64,000 nt of DNA. Origin: Chiloscyllium plagiosum. Lineage: Eukaryota. The stretch spans positions 7,578,446 through 7,642,445 of the forward strand of contig NC_057751.1 in assembly GCF_004010195.1 (NCBI RefSeq), in the 5' to 3' direction. Below are positions 49,395 through 61,885 of the stretch, piece by piece (position 1 is the first letter of the stretch; each line of letters begins with the position of its first letter). The notes under the pieces are model-generated. The model was not told the origin of the DNA, did no database searches, and worked only from the letters and a program-made list of their open reading frames with translations. The position numbers and the translations under genes are program-made.

Positions 49395-49738
49395 CTTACA
49401 TGGGGTTGACGTTCAGAATCTTCTTCCAAGAGTTGAAAAGTCTCATATTAGAGAGCGTGCATTTTAGGTGAGACAGGAAAAGCTCAAAGGAGATGTGAAG
49501 GGCAAGTTTTTTTTTACAGACAGAGTGGTAGGTGCCTGGAACGCGCTAACAGGGGTAATGGTGGAAGCAGATATGATAGGGCAGTTTAAGGGGCTTCTAG
49601 ATAAATACATGAATGTCCAAAGAATGGAGAGACATGGACCATGGGCTGGCGGAAAAGATTAGTTTAACTTGGCATCATGCTTGGCACAACATCGTGGGCT
49701 GTAGGGCCTGTTCCTGTGCTGTGCTTTCCTATGTTCTA
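49395..49738 (+). mobile_element. CR1 3' fragment
   Basis: KGDVKGKFFFTDRVVGAWNAL..FKGLLDKYM. Confidence 0.88.
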
Positions 49739-50902
49739 CATAAATGCATGGCCAATTTATTCTCAATGAATGCCACTTTGAAAAACTCAATGCACTTTTA
49801 ACGCTTGGAGATCAAGATTCACTTGGTCCAAATAGAGAGAGAGCTGGAGGAACGCAGCAAGTCTGGCAGCAGCTGCAGAAAGGCAACAGGCTGAACATTT
49901 CGAATCCAGCATCGTAACAGGGTAATTTCCATTTTCCAGTGTCCACAGTTCTTTGCACTTATTTTAAGCTTTACATGGCTCCGTCCAGAGTCCGACTTGG
50001 ATGTACTCATGCCCAACTTAATGGGAGCATGGGGGAAAGAGGTGAGTGCCTGTAGTTACAGTGCAGATCAACCTTGATCTAAGTAAATGGTGAAATGATT
50101 TTTAGGGGCTTAAGCAGCAGCAGTACCACAGCCCCCCACCCCCCACCTCACCCTACCAATAGTTACACTCCACCGCCTAGTACCCACCCTGACATGAACA
50201 GCAAGAAATTAGTGAATTTCCCACCCTTCAGACTTTTATTTCGTATTTATTTCTTCATTTTGTTATTTATTTCCTGAACCTATGAAGTTTAATCAAGTCT
50301 TTCATGCGGAACTTCATCAACAGTTTTTGCAAAAAAATTGCAAAAGTCAAGCAGGGGCATCACATGACTTGTCCAGTGGGAAAAGTGACATTGGGAATAG
50401 ATAGATTTAAATGGGGTATCAAGGATTTTTAAAATCAATTTATTCAATAAGTAGAAGTAGGAAGGAGAAAGGGTGATGGGAAGTGAAGTGCAAATAATTG
50501 GGAAAAATTAAGAATTCATTGGACAACATAGACGTCAAGTCTTGAATCTCAGATAGACACAAAAATCTGAAGGTCAGCTCTCTGGAGACCCATGTCTCAA
50601 ACCGTTGAAAGAATCCAGCAGCCTGCAGTTGAAGTGTAAATGTGTGTATGCATCTCAGAAAGCTTTTTAAGCCAAGATGCCATTTGCAACACACTGTCAA
50701 TACATCCTGAATCTGCATAAAGCCTCAGTCTGTGCAGGGCTCTGATGTTGTTTCCATATCTCGGAGACTCTTAACCTTTCTCTCACTTTCCCAAATAGAT
50801 AGCCTGCCAAATGACAAAAACCTGCGTCTCCATTCCTCACTTTCTCGTTGTCTCATTTATCTCAACTGCAGTCAGTACTGGTCAAATTTTGTTACCTTAC
50901 TG

Positions 50903-51385
50903 GGGGACATGATGGCTGAGTGTTATTATTAGCGGACTGTTCATCCAGGCACTCTGGGGACCCCGGTTCAAATCCTGCCAGGGTAGATGGTGGAACTGGA
51001 ATTCAATAAAAATCCAGAATTAGGAGTTTACTGATGTTCGTGAATCCATTGTAGATTCTTGGGGGAAAAACCCATCCAGTTCACTGATGCCCTTTAGGGA
51101 AGGAAACTGCTATCCTTACCTGGTCTGGCCTACCTACTGAAGGGCTTATGCCCGAAATGTCGATTCTCCTGCTCCTCGGATACTGCCTGACCTGCTGTGC
51201 TTTCCCAGCAATGCATTCTTGACTCTGATCTCCAGCATCTGCAGTCCTCACTTTCTCCTGGTCTGGCCTACGTGTGACTCCAGACCCACAGCAATGTAAT
51301 TGACTCTTGACTACTCTCTGTGCAATTAGGGATGGGTAATAAATGCTGGCCAAGCCAGAGATGCTCACATCCCGTGAATGAATTT
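50903..51385 (+). mobile_element. SINE family B, full length, split by a Penelope insertion
   Basis: B box GGTTCAAATCC; core; tail GGGATGGGTAATAAATGCTGGCC..CACATCCCGTGAATGAA. Confidence 0.85.
51134..51256 (+). mobile_element. Short Penelope-like pLTR insertion starting within the hammerhead core
   Basis: TGAAGGGCTTATGCCCGAAATGTCGA...; perfect TSD CCTGGTCTGGCCTAC at 51119-51133 and 51257-51271. Confidence 0.9.
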
Positions 51386-52159
51386 TTAAAAACCTTGATT
51401 TCATTAAACTACAAATGTCCTCCAATAGTCACCCTTCTCCTTGTCACATACTGACATGAAAGCTCATTTCTGCTCCACGTCCTCCTCATCATTTCCTTGG
51501 GTAAAGCCAGGGCTCCTCAGGTCCCAAGTTTGTTACAGACGCTTGGAATTCTGCAGCACATGAACTGCTTTAATCCTGGAGTGCAGTTCTGACAACACTC
51601 AAGAAACGTAACACCATCCAGCAGCCCTCTGGATTGGCACCCCATCTCCCATCTTCACCAGTTGTGCATGGTGGCAGGAATGCCTACCATCTGCTTGATG
51701 CACTGCAGTGATTCATGCAGGCTATTGCAAAAGCACCTTCCAAATCCATTAGCTCTACCTTTGGGAAAGGCAGAGGAAGCAGATGTATGGAAACCTCAAT
51801 ACCTTCAAGTTCTCCTACAGATCCAAACTTGGAACAACGTTGGGATTGCTTTGCTATCTTTGAATCATTTCCTTATTGAACCTACATTGTGAGGGCTTAT
51901 TCCCGGAGTATTAGAGATGGGAAATAAATGCTGCCCTGGTGAGTGAATGAATTAATGAATAAGAAAGAAGAGGTCTTCCTCAAACTGCACTTTCATCAAA
52001 CAAAGGCCTTAACTCCCCTGAATCACAACTTCCTGAATTATTTTAGCACAATTCCAGATCTTTTTTTTTTAGTTGCTGATCTGCATTCTCACCGTGTCAC
52101 CATATTGAGACTCTCGACACTGTACAGTGACCTGAACTATGACCCTCAGATCTGACAGT

Positions 52160-52645
52160 GGAACATCATAATGGAACATCCAGAATAAGGTGGGTCAACT
52201 TGCAGCTTGGGTTGGTACCTAGGATTTTGATGTTGTGGTCATTTCGGAGACATGGGTAGAGCAGGGACCGGAATGGTTGTTGCAAGTTCAGGGATTTAGA
52301 TGTTTCAATAAGAATAGAGAAGAGGGTAAAAGAGGGGTTGGCATGGCACTGTTAGTCAAGGACAGTATTACGGTTGCAGAAAGGACATTTGAGGATTCAT
52401 CTACTGAGGTAGTATGGGCTGAGATTAGAAACAGGAAAGGAGAGGTCACACTGTTGGGGGTTTTCTATAGGCCTTCAAATAGTTCCAGAGATGTAGAGGA
52501 AAGGATAGCAAAGATGATTCTCGATAGGAGTGAGAGTGACAGAGCACTTGTCATCGGGGACTTTAACTTTCCAAATATTGACTGGGAATACTATAGTTCG
52601 AGTCAGTTTAGATGGGTCAGTTTTTGTCCAATGTGTGCAGGAGGG
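52160..52645 (+). mobile_element. CR1 ORF2 N-terminal APE endonuclease fragment
   Basis: ISETW..GMALLVK..LGVFYRPSNS..IGDFNFPNIDW. Confidence 0.9.
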
Positions 52646-52865
52646 TTCACCAGTTTCCTCATTTCCCCTCCCCACATCTTACCCCAGTTCCAACCTTCCA
52701 GCTCTGCACTGTCCCCCTGACCTGTCCTACCTGCCAATCTCCTGTCCCACCGATCTGCTCCACCCTCCCCTCTGACCTATCACCTCCATCCCCACCCCCA
52801 TTCACCTATTGTACTCTTTGCTACCTTCTCCCCAGCGCCCAACCCACCCCCCACCCCATATTTAT
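52646..52865 (+). mobile_element. Penelope-like C-rich 3' region
   Basis: Similar to 45262-45440 (CCCTCTGACCTATCACCT...CACCTAT..GCTACCTT). Confidence 0.72.
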
Positions 52866-53108
52866 GGGGATTGTTGCAAGAATTTGGAACTGCATCATTA
52901 AGCTGGGATCGTCTGTTGGGTTTTTGGTTAGGTTGAGTTATTCTATATTCTGTTCTTTTTTATTTATGTTTCATTTGGTACTCTGTTAATAAATTCGGTT
53001 TTGACCAGCTGCATCACTCCTGGAATATCCTCTCTACACCTGCTCAAAGAAAGCGGGCAAAGTTAGGGTCTGGAAATGTTTTGAGGGGTTGTGACCTGGT
53101 CCATAACA
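52861..53108 (+). mobile_element. Solo-LTR-like 3' part
   Basis: AATAAA at ~52988; ends GGTCCATAACA; reverse complement of 13804-14060. Confidence 0.68.
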
Positions 53109-53119
53109 AAAGAAAGAAT

Positions 53120-53480
53120 TCACAGCACATTCCAAAACCTCAGGACACTGCAAATCACCTCATACCCAAATCAAATACTTCATTCACTCAAGTTGACTAT
53201 TGTGAAGTCAGCGATGCCATCTCACTTTGCACACAGCAAGCTCCCACCGAACACTAACATGATCGTGATCACACAATATCTTTTTTGCAATGTTGGTTGA
53301 GGGTCAGCAGAGGACAGCAGCGAGGAGAGAACCAAACTCAAGAGGCCACAGCCCACCCGAATTGGATAAAATCTCATCGTGAATTTCTGTATCCACCTGA
53401 GAGGGTGGAGGCAGACTGGTTCAGTCCCCCCATTCGAAAGGCTGCATCTCAGAGAACATAGCACTTTCTCCATCCTGTGC
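53120..53480 (-). mobile_element. DeuSINE-type SINE
   Basis: TTTGCACACAGCAAGCTCCCAC...TGTTGGTTGAGGG...TCCACCTGAGAGGG. Confidence 0.75.
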
Positions 53481-54549
53481 AAGGGTGATCAGTCACTCGC
53501 GGAGCGGGATGCACTGCCAAAACTTGAAACCTGAGAAGGACAAGTCAGCCATCTCCTGGAGGGCTCCTGGTGGGCTGTGTCACACAAGTCAGTGCCTCCA
53601 GGAGAAGAGGCACTGACTGCAGAACAATTGGAGTATCTGCAAATGGCTAATGCATATTGGAATTTAAATGATTAAGATAACAACGATGTTAAGTGCAGAC
53701 ATTATTCATGTATCACCTTCTTAACTGTACAAACCATGCATGTCAATAAGGTTAATCTGATTTCCAAGGATCAATGAAATCAGCCATCATTCACTCGAAA
53801 TCCCGTTGCCAATTAACAGCAAATGAAATTAAAATTTTCACTGACGCAGCATGTCCAAAGCTCTGTGATTTTCGCTGGACGCAAGAAATGAACAGAGTCA
53901 AGTCTGCTGTGTAACCTCCCTGGGCACAGACACTTCTGAGCGATGGACAAAACATTCTGCAAAGTACACCAATTATACTTAATGGAAGCATTAAAAAAAA
54001 TCAATAGGTTGCACATACTGCATCTCAGGCTTTGGTGCCGCTGTGGGATAGGATACATTTTCCAACACATCCGGGTAGAGGTTCCGGTGACTCCTGGGGG
54101 TATGTGCAAATCCAAGGCAGCAGGATCTGAGCGTCACAGGGACCTGAGCACATCTCACGGATCAGGTTCAGGAAGTGGTACTTGGTTGGATGGAGCAACC
54201 TCAGCTCCACAGAGGGTGCACTTACCGAATGAGATAAGGGGCAAACTCTGGGCAACGGTGAAACAATCTGACCTCAGTGTGTTGCTTCCTTCTGACTATC
54301 AACAAGACCATCATCTTGATTACAACCTCAGAATCACGTGTACGCACAGAGGCAAATGTTGGTGGCGTTTTATAAAGACTCACTCTGCAAACAACCCGTA
54401 CGTCCTGGACTTCACTGAATGGTGCGAAGGATCTCTTGATTGTTAAAGACAGGAAAATGCTGCTGAATTAACAATTTAATCTCTTTTCAACACCCACTCA
54501 CCTTCAATACATACACACTCCTCATATCCTCAGGAAGAGTAGGGAAATT

Positions 54550-54867
54550 CATAGAATCCAGACATTGTGGAACCAGGCCATTCAGCCCACAAAGACCCTT
54601 CGAAGACCATCCTGTCCATGACCCACCTTCCCCTCCCTGCCCGCCAAACCCTGTATCTCCCATAGCTAATCCACCTGGACACTACGGGCAAATTCCCATG
54701 GCCAGTTCACCTAACCTGCACACCTTTGGAAAGTGGGAGGAAACCAGAGCAAACCCACGCAGACACGGGGAGAACCCGCAAACTCCACACAGACAGTCGG
54801 CTGAGTGTGGAATTGAACCCAGGTCCCTGGCGCTGTGAGGCAGCAGTGCCAACCACTGTGCCACCCC
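54550..54867 (-). mobile_element. HE1/V-SINE
   Basis: Reverse A and B boxes, V core, tail. Confidence 0.9.
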
Positions 54868-54869
54868 TG

Positions 54870-55300
54870 GAACTGTATGAAATGCTGTTTAGGACGCAAC
54901 TGGAATGCTGCATGCAGTTTTGATCACCGCACTATGGCAGGGATGTGATTGCACTGGAGAGGAGAGAGAGGAGATTTCCCAGAAGAGCTTGAAATATGAA
55001 GCATGAATTGGCTGAGGTCCTTTTCATGGAAACAACAAAGATTTAGTGGGGACCTGATGGAGGTGTATGAGCAGCATAGATAGTGTGGATAAGAAGCCAT
55101 TTTTCCCATTCCTAAAGCATCAATAGCTCAGGGGCCTAGACTTAAGCTAAGGGGTAGAAGGGACCGAAGGGTCTGTTTCCGTGCTGTACAACTCTGTGAC
55201 TCCATGACTCAGAGGTCAGATGAGGGAAACAGTTCACTCAGAGGGAGATGGGAGTCTGTTACTTGATGCCTGAAAGGATGGTTGAGTCAGTGTCTTCTTA
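54870..55300 (+). mobile_element. Old CR1, continuing at ~57238-57385 after a nested insertion
   Basis: RTQLECCMQF; GGGGACCTGATGGAGGTGTAT; 3' part resumes CAGGGCTATGAGCC..TGGAAATGGGATCAG. Confidence 0.65.
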
Positions 55301-57237
55301 ACATAGAACATAGAATAATACAGCACAGAACAGGCCCTTCAGCCCATGATGTTGTGCCGACCACTGATCCTCATGTATGCACCCTCAAATTTCTGTGACC
55401 ATATGCATGTCCAGTAGTCTCTTAAATGTCCCCAATGACCCTGCTTCCACAATTGCTGCTGGCAATGCATTCCATGCTCTCACAACTCTATGTGTAACGA
55501 ACCCAGCTCTGACATCCTCTCTATACTTTCCTCCAACCAGCTTAAAACTATGACCCCTCGTGTTAGTTATTTCTGCCCTGGGAAATAGTCTCTGGCTATG
55601 ACTCTATCTTTGCCTCTCATTATCTTGTATACCTCAATTAGGTCCCCTCTCCTCCCCCTTTTCTCCAATGAAAAAAGTCCAAGCTCAGTCAACCTCTCTT
55701 CATAAGATAAGCCCTCCAGTCCAGGCAGCATCCTGGTAAACCTCCTCTGAACCCNNNNNNNNNNNNNNNNNNNNNNNNNNNNNNNNNNNNNNNNNNNNNN
55801 NNNNNNNNNNNNNNNNNNNNNNNNNNNNNNNNNNNNNNNNNNNNNNNNNNNNNNNNNNNNNNNNNNNNNNNNNNNNNNNNNNNNNNNNNNNNNNNNNNNN
55901 NNNNNNNNNNNNNNNNNNNNNNNNNNNNNNNNNNNNNNNNNNNNNNNNNNNNNNNNNNNNNNNNNNNNNNNNNNNNNNNNNNNNNNNNNNNNNNNNNNNN
56001 NNNNNNNNNNNNNNNNNNNNNNNNNNNNNNNNNNNNNNNNNNNNNNNNNNNNNNNNNNNNNNNNNNNNNNNNNNNNNNNNNNNNNNNNNNNNNNNNNNNN
56101 NNNNNNNNNNNNNNNNNNNNNNNNNNNNNNNNNNNNNNNNNNNNNNNNNNNNNNNNNNNNNNNNNNNNNNNNNNNNNNNNNNNNNNNNNNNNNNNNNNNN
56201 NNNNNNNNNNNNNNNNNNNNNNNNNNNNNNNNNNNNNNNNNNNNNNNNNNNNNNNNNNNNNNNNNNNNNNNNNNNNNNNNNNNNNNNNNNNNNNNNNNNN
56301 NNNNNNNNNNNNNNNNNNNNNNNNNNNNNNNNNNNNNNNNNNNNNNNNNNNNNNNNNNNNNNNNNNNNNNNNNNNNNNNNNNNNNNNNNNNNNNNNNNNN
56401 NNNNNNNNNNNNNNNNNNNNNNNNNNNNNNNNNNNNNNNNNNNNNNNNNNNNNNNNNNNNNNNNNNNNNNCCGAGGACAAATCTGGTCCTGGCCTGGCGA
56501 CTTGTCAATCTTAATGTTTGACAAAATTTTCAGCACATCAGCTTCCTCTATCTCTATCCATTCCAGCATGCACACCTGCTCTTCAAAGGTTTCATTCACT
56601 ACAAAGTTCATTTCTTTCCTAAACACAGAAGCAAAAAACTCATTTAGGGCTTCCCCTACGTCCTCAGACTCCACACACAATTTCCCTATGCTATCCCTGA
56701 TCGGCCATACTCTTTCTTTGACCATTCTCTTATTCCTCACATAAGTGTAAAATGTCTTTGTGTTCTCCCTAATCCGTTCTGCCAAGCCTTCTCGTGCCCC
56801 CTCCTGGCTCTCCTCAGACCATTTTTGAGCTCCTTCCTTGCCTGCCTGCAATCCTCTAGAGCTGAGCTTGATCCTAGCTTCCTCCACCTTATATAAGCTA
56901 CCTTTTTCCTTTTGACGAGAAGCTCCACCGCTCTCGTCATCCAAGGTTCCTTTATCTTACCACTTCTTGCCTGTCTCAGAGGGATATATTTGTTCATCAC
57001 ATACAACAACTGTTCCTTAAACAGTCTCCACATGTCTATAGTGCCTTTACCATGGAACAATTGCTCCCAATCCATCCTTCCTAACTCATGTCTAATTGCA
57101 TCATAGTTTCCTCTTCCCCAATTAAATATCCTCCCATTTTGCCTAATCCTCTCCTTCTCCATAGCTATGTAGAATGTGAGACAGTTGTGGTCACTGTCTC
57201 CAAAATGCTCTCCCACCACAAGATCTGATACCTGCCT
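55301..57237 (-). mobile_element. Young 5'-truncated CR1 (HER1-like) spanning the assembly gap
   Basis: [63 protein letters not shown]; (TTCTATG)n tail. Confidence 0.93.
55755..56470. other. Assembly gap (716 N)
   Basis: Seen directly. Confidence 1.
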
Positions 57238-57414
57238 CACAGGTAGTGTTAAGCAGTGTTGAGATATTTGTTTGCTTCACCGTAGCCTTCAGGGCTATGA
57301 GCCAACAACTTGGAAATGGGATCAGCCTTGTCAGATCATTGCTGAATGACATGGTTATGATGGGATGAAATGCCTCCTGCACATATCCATGAGTCTAAGG
57401 CAGGAATTGTGAGA

Positions 57415-57935
57415 CTTCAGATGTAGGAGCAGCGAGTAGACCATATAACCCATTGAGTCCATTCCACCAATCAATGAGATCATGGGTGATCTGCTCATCC
57501 TCAACTCCATTTTCCTGCCTTTTCCACAAAACAACACAATTTTGTCACTTACTTAAAATCTCTCTCTTTCACACTCAGCCTCAACAGCCGTAGTGGGTGA
57601 AGAATTCCAAAGAATCACTAACACCTCAGAGGAGAAATTTTTCGTCATCTCTATGTTGAATGTGCAACCCCTTGCTCTGAAATTACACCCTCTAGTGCTT
57701 GGCTCCCACACAAAGGGAAACAACCTTTTCACATCCACCCTGTCAGGTTCCAGAAGTTTCCAGAAGGTCACCTCTCATTCTTCTAAATTCCAGTGAGTAC
57801 AGGCCCAGAGCCTTTACCTCATAAGACAGTCACTCCATCCCAAGTATCAATCTCATGAATCTTCTCTGCACTGCCTCTGATTCTGGTGCATCCTTGCTGA
57901 GGTTCGGGAACCAAAAGTATTTGTACTATTCCAGA
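57415..57935 (-). mobile_element. Old CR1 3' fragment
   Basis: DRVDVKRLFPFVWEPSTRGCNFRARG..LWNSSP. Confidence 0.8.
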
Positions 57936-58721
57936 TGTGCTCACAGGAGATAATGACATGCACACATGCAAAGGGACATTTGTAATGGCACAGTGTTTAA
58001 AAACATTGGTCAGTGGGTACAATGCTCTCAGTGGCCAGAGATCCTGCCTGATCTCAAAGAACTTGCATAGCACAGTAGGAGTGTCCTTATGTCTGAGTGA
58101 GAAGGCCAGGGTTCAAGTCCTACCTGCTCCAGAGGTGTGTCATATCATCCCTGACCAGGTTGAAGAGTGAAATATCTCTGAAGAAACAGGGTGGGCAAAG
58201 AGCTCATTTGACGATCAGATTGGGTAGGAGGGTGACTGTTCAATTCAAATTAACGTCAACAGCATTTGACTCGATCCCTGCTCTGGGTGAGATAGAGTCA
58301 GAGCCTGTTCACCACGTGAACCACAGTGGGGAAATAAAATCACAGCATCTTCCTGTGGTTCAATCAAGAATCACCAAGGACCTGCCTCTGGACAGAGAAC
58401 TCAAGTAGAAACAGCATCAATGTACCAGAAAATGACTTTGCTCTATAATTAATACCACTCAGTTTAAAGAGACAAGTATTGACGCAATTGATGGGTAGTA
58501 AGGTTGAGCGCGTCTCACTTGGTGAATAGATTCTCAACTGAGCAAGGATTGATTCCTGGTCTCCACTTTCACCAATCAGGGTATCAGAAGTTGAACAATT
58601 GACTGACCACCTGTCTCCAGAAACAGTTGTAATGGTTATGAACCCTTTGGCAAAGGTACCCTCATATTTTGTTCCTGGCAATTTATCCCAGACTTTAAAA
58701 GGGAGAGATGATGATCATATC

Positions 58722-60818
58722 ATAGATAGAACATAAAAAAATTACAGCACACAACAGACCCTTTGGCCCACGATGTTGTGCTAAGGTTTAATCCTAATGT
58801 AAAATATAATAACTTAACCGACACACCCCTCAACTCACTACTATCCATGTGCATGTCCAGCAGTCGCTTAAATGTCCCCAATGACTCTGCTTCCATCACC
58901 ACGGCTGGCAACACATTCCATGCATTCACAACACTCTGCATAAGGAACCTACTTCCAACATCTCCTTTATACCTTCCTCCTAATATCTTCCAAACTATGA
59001 CTCCTCATACCAGTTAATCCTGCCCTGGGGAAAAGTCTCTGGCTATTGACTCTATCTATTTCACTCATTATCTTGTATACTTCGATCAGGCCTCCTCTCT
59101 TCTTCCTTCTCTCCAGAGAGAAAAGCCCCAGCTTATTCAACCTTTCTTCATAAGGCAAGCCCTCCAGTCCAGGCAGCATCCTGGTAAACCTTCTTTGCAC
59201 CCTCTCCAAAGCCTCTGTATCTTTCCTATAGTAGGGTGACCAGAACTGGACACAGTATTCCAAATGTGGTCTCACCAGGGACTTGTAGAGCTGCAGCAAA
59301 ACCTCACGGCTCTTAACCTTGATCGCCCTGTTAATGAAAGCCAAAACGTCATATGCTTTCTTCACAACCCGATCTACTTGGGTGGCAACTTTGAGGGATC
59401 TATGTACTTGCACACTCAGAGCCCTCTGTTCCTCCACACTGCCAAGAATCCTGTCTTCAATCCTATATTCAGCATTCAAGTTCGACATTCCAAAATGCAT
59501 CACTTCACATTTATCCAGTTAAACTCCATCTGCCACTTCTCAGCTCAGCTCTGTATCCTGTCTATGTCACGCTGCAGCCTGCAGTAGTCCTCTGTACTAT
59601 CGATGACACCTCCAACCTTAGTGTCATCTGCAAATTAATGAGCCTACTATGAGGAACCTTATCAAATGCCTTGCTGAAGTCCAAATACACCACATCCACT
59701 GCTCGACCTGTGTTGACCTGTCTTGACACCTCCTCAAAGAACTCAATAAGATTTGTGAGACATGACCTGCTCCTCACAAAGCAATGCTGACTGCCTTTAA
59801 TCACACTATGCTTTACCAAATAGTCATAAATCCTATCCCTCAGAATTCTTTCCAAAACTTTGCTGCGACAGCCGTAAGACTGACTGGTCTGTATTTACCA
59901 GGGAATTCCCTATTACCCTTCTTGAAAAGAGGAACAGCATTCGCCTCCTTCCAATCCTCCGGTATGACTCCCATGGAGAGTGAGGAAGGAAATTTCCTCG
60001 CCGACGGCTCAGCAACCTCCATTCTCACTTCCCGGAACAGCCTAGGATACATCTCGTCTGGCCCTGGGAACTTATCAACCTTAATGTTTTTCAAAATTTC
60101 CAGCACATCAACTTCATCAAACTTGATCTGGTCAAGCCTATATCCCAGCTCCTCAAAGTTTACATTCACAACAAGTTCCCTTTCCTTGGTGAAAACCGCA
60201 GCAAAGAAACTCATTTAGGGCTTCCCCTATCTGCTCAGTCTCCACGCACAATTTCCCTCCACTATCCCTGATCGGCCCTACCTTCTCCCTGATCATTCTC
60301 TTATTCCTCACGTAGGAGTAAAATGCCTTTGGGTACTCCCTAATCCTTCTTGCCAAGCCTTTTTCGTGTCCCCTCCTGGCTTTCCTCAGTCCATTTCTGA
60401 GCTCCTTTCCACCAAGCCTGTAACCCTTTAAAACTGTGCTAGATCATTGCTTCCTCCACCTTACATAAGCTGCCTTCTTCCCTTTGATGAGAAGCTCCTC
60501 TGTTTTTGTCAACCAAGGTTCCTTCATCTTACACCTTCTTACCTGTCTCAGAGGAACAAATTAGTGCATCACTCACAACATCTTAAATAGTCTCCACGTC
60601 TGCTGTGTCCTTTCTGTCTCCTGTCTGATAGTGTCATAATTTCCTTTTCCCCAATTAAATATTTTCCCTTGGTAACTGCTCCTTTCCCTCTCCAAGGCTA
60701 TGGTAAATGTGAGGCAGGTGTGATCACTGTCACCAAAGTGCTCTCCCACCGCGAGATCTGACACCTGTCCTGGCTCGTTGCCAAGCACCAAATCCAAAAT
60801 GGCTCTCCCCTCGTCGGT
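58722..60818 (-). mobile_element. 5'-truncated CR1 (HER1-like) with an internal RT deletion near 59635
   Basis: LDLVLGNEPGQVSDL; PGPDEMYPR; YRPVSLT; RSCLTNLIEFF; VYLDFSKAFDKVPH; RPHLEYCVQFWSP; the QGSVLGP segment is missing. Confidence 0.94.
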
Positions 60819-60900
60819 CAGTCTATCACTAGCCACATAAATCCAAAAGCCTGGGTTCTGAGTTCAAATCTCACCACAGTCACCCCAGTGGCGGAATTTA

Positions 60901-61331
60901 TGTGATCGGGACAGGAAGATTTGAGCTGTGGGTTGGGGCTGTTTTCCTGGAGTGTCGGAGGCTGAGGCATGACCTCATAGAGGTTTATAAAATCATGAAG
61001 GGCATGGATAGGGTAAATAGACAAGGTGTTTTCCCTGGGGTGAGGGAGTCAGAACTAGAGGGCACAGATATAGGGTGAGAGGGGAGAAATTTAAAAGGGA
61101 TCTAAGGGACATCTTTTTCACGCAGACGGTGGTGCTTGTATGGAATGAGCTGCCAGAGGAAGTGGTGAAGGCTGGTACAATTGCAACATTTAAAAAGCAT
61201 CTGGATGGGTATGTGAAAAGGAAGGGTTTACAGAGATATGGGCCAGGTACTGGCAAATGGGACAGGCTCAATTTAGGAAATATGGTCAGCATGGGTGAGT
61301 CCGTTTCTGTGCCGCATGACGTAATGAATCC
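60901..61331 (+). mobile_element. CR1 3' end inserted in an old SINE-B copy (~60820-61570)
   Basis: RGEKFKRDLRDIFFTQTVV..WNELP; AATTTA duplicated at 60895-60900 and 61332-61337. Confidence 0.88.
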
Positions 61332-61885
61332 AATTTAAGTTCAATTAAAGAGTCTGTATGATAAAGTCCAGTGACTGTTGTTAGAAGTCCATCTGACTCA
61401 GTCATGCCCTTCTAAGAGGGATATCTGACTTTTGTGTCCCTCCAGACCCATAACAACGTGGCTAACTCTGTACTGCCCTGTTAGATGGCCCCAGCAAGCC
61501 ATTCAGCTTGGGAGCAACCCAAGATGGGCAGGAAACTCTGGTCATGTGCCCTGCCATGAAAGAATGAATTTAAGAGTAGAACTCCTTTCCTCCTCAGGGA
61601 TGTGCATGCCCTACATCCACAATTCTCTTCTCCTGTGCAGAGAGGCAGCACGGACACAACGGGATGAATGGCCTCCTACTGCATTGTAATTTTTCCACGC
61701 TTCCTGTGACTGGACTGCAGGGAACTTCTTTGTGTGATCATTTGCTATTTAAGGACAAAGTGGGATGCTTTAAAACTAGCCATCTTGACCCCAGTACAAC
61801 AGGAGCTCCTTCAACACAAGATTGCTCAGGTCCACTGAGCAATGAAGAGTGACTCAAGCATGGAAGCAAAAGCAGATTCATTGAG

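Noticed and set aside
55567..56944. Longest ORFs in the track (263-414 aa)
   Set aside because: Artefacts of the N run inside a CR1.
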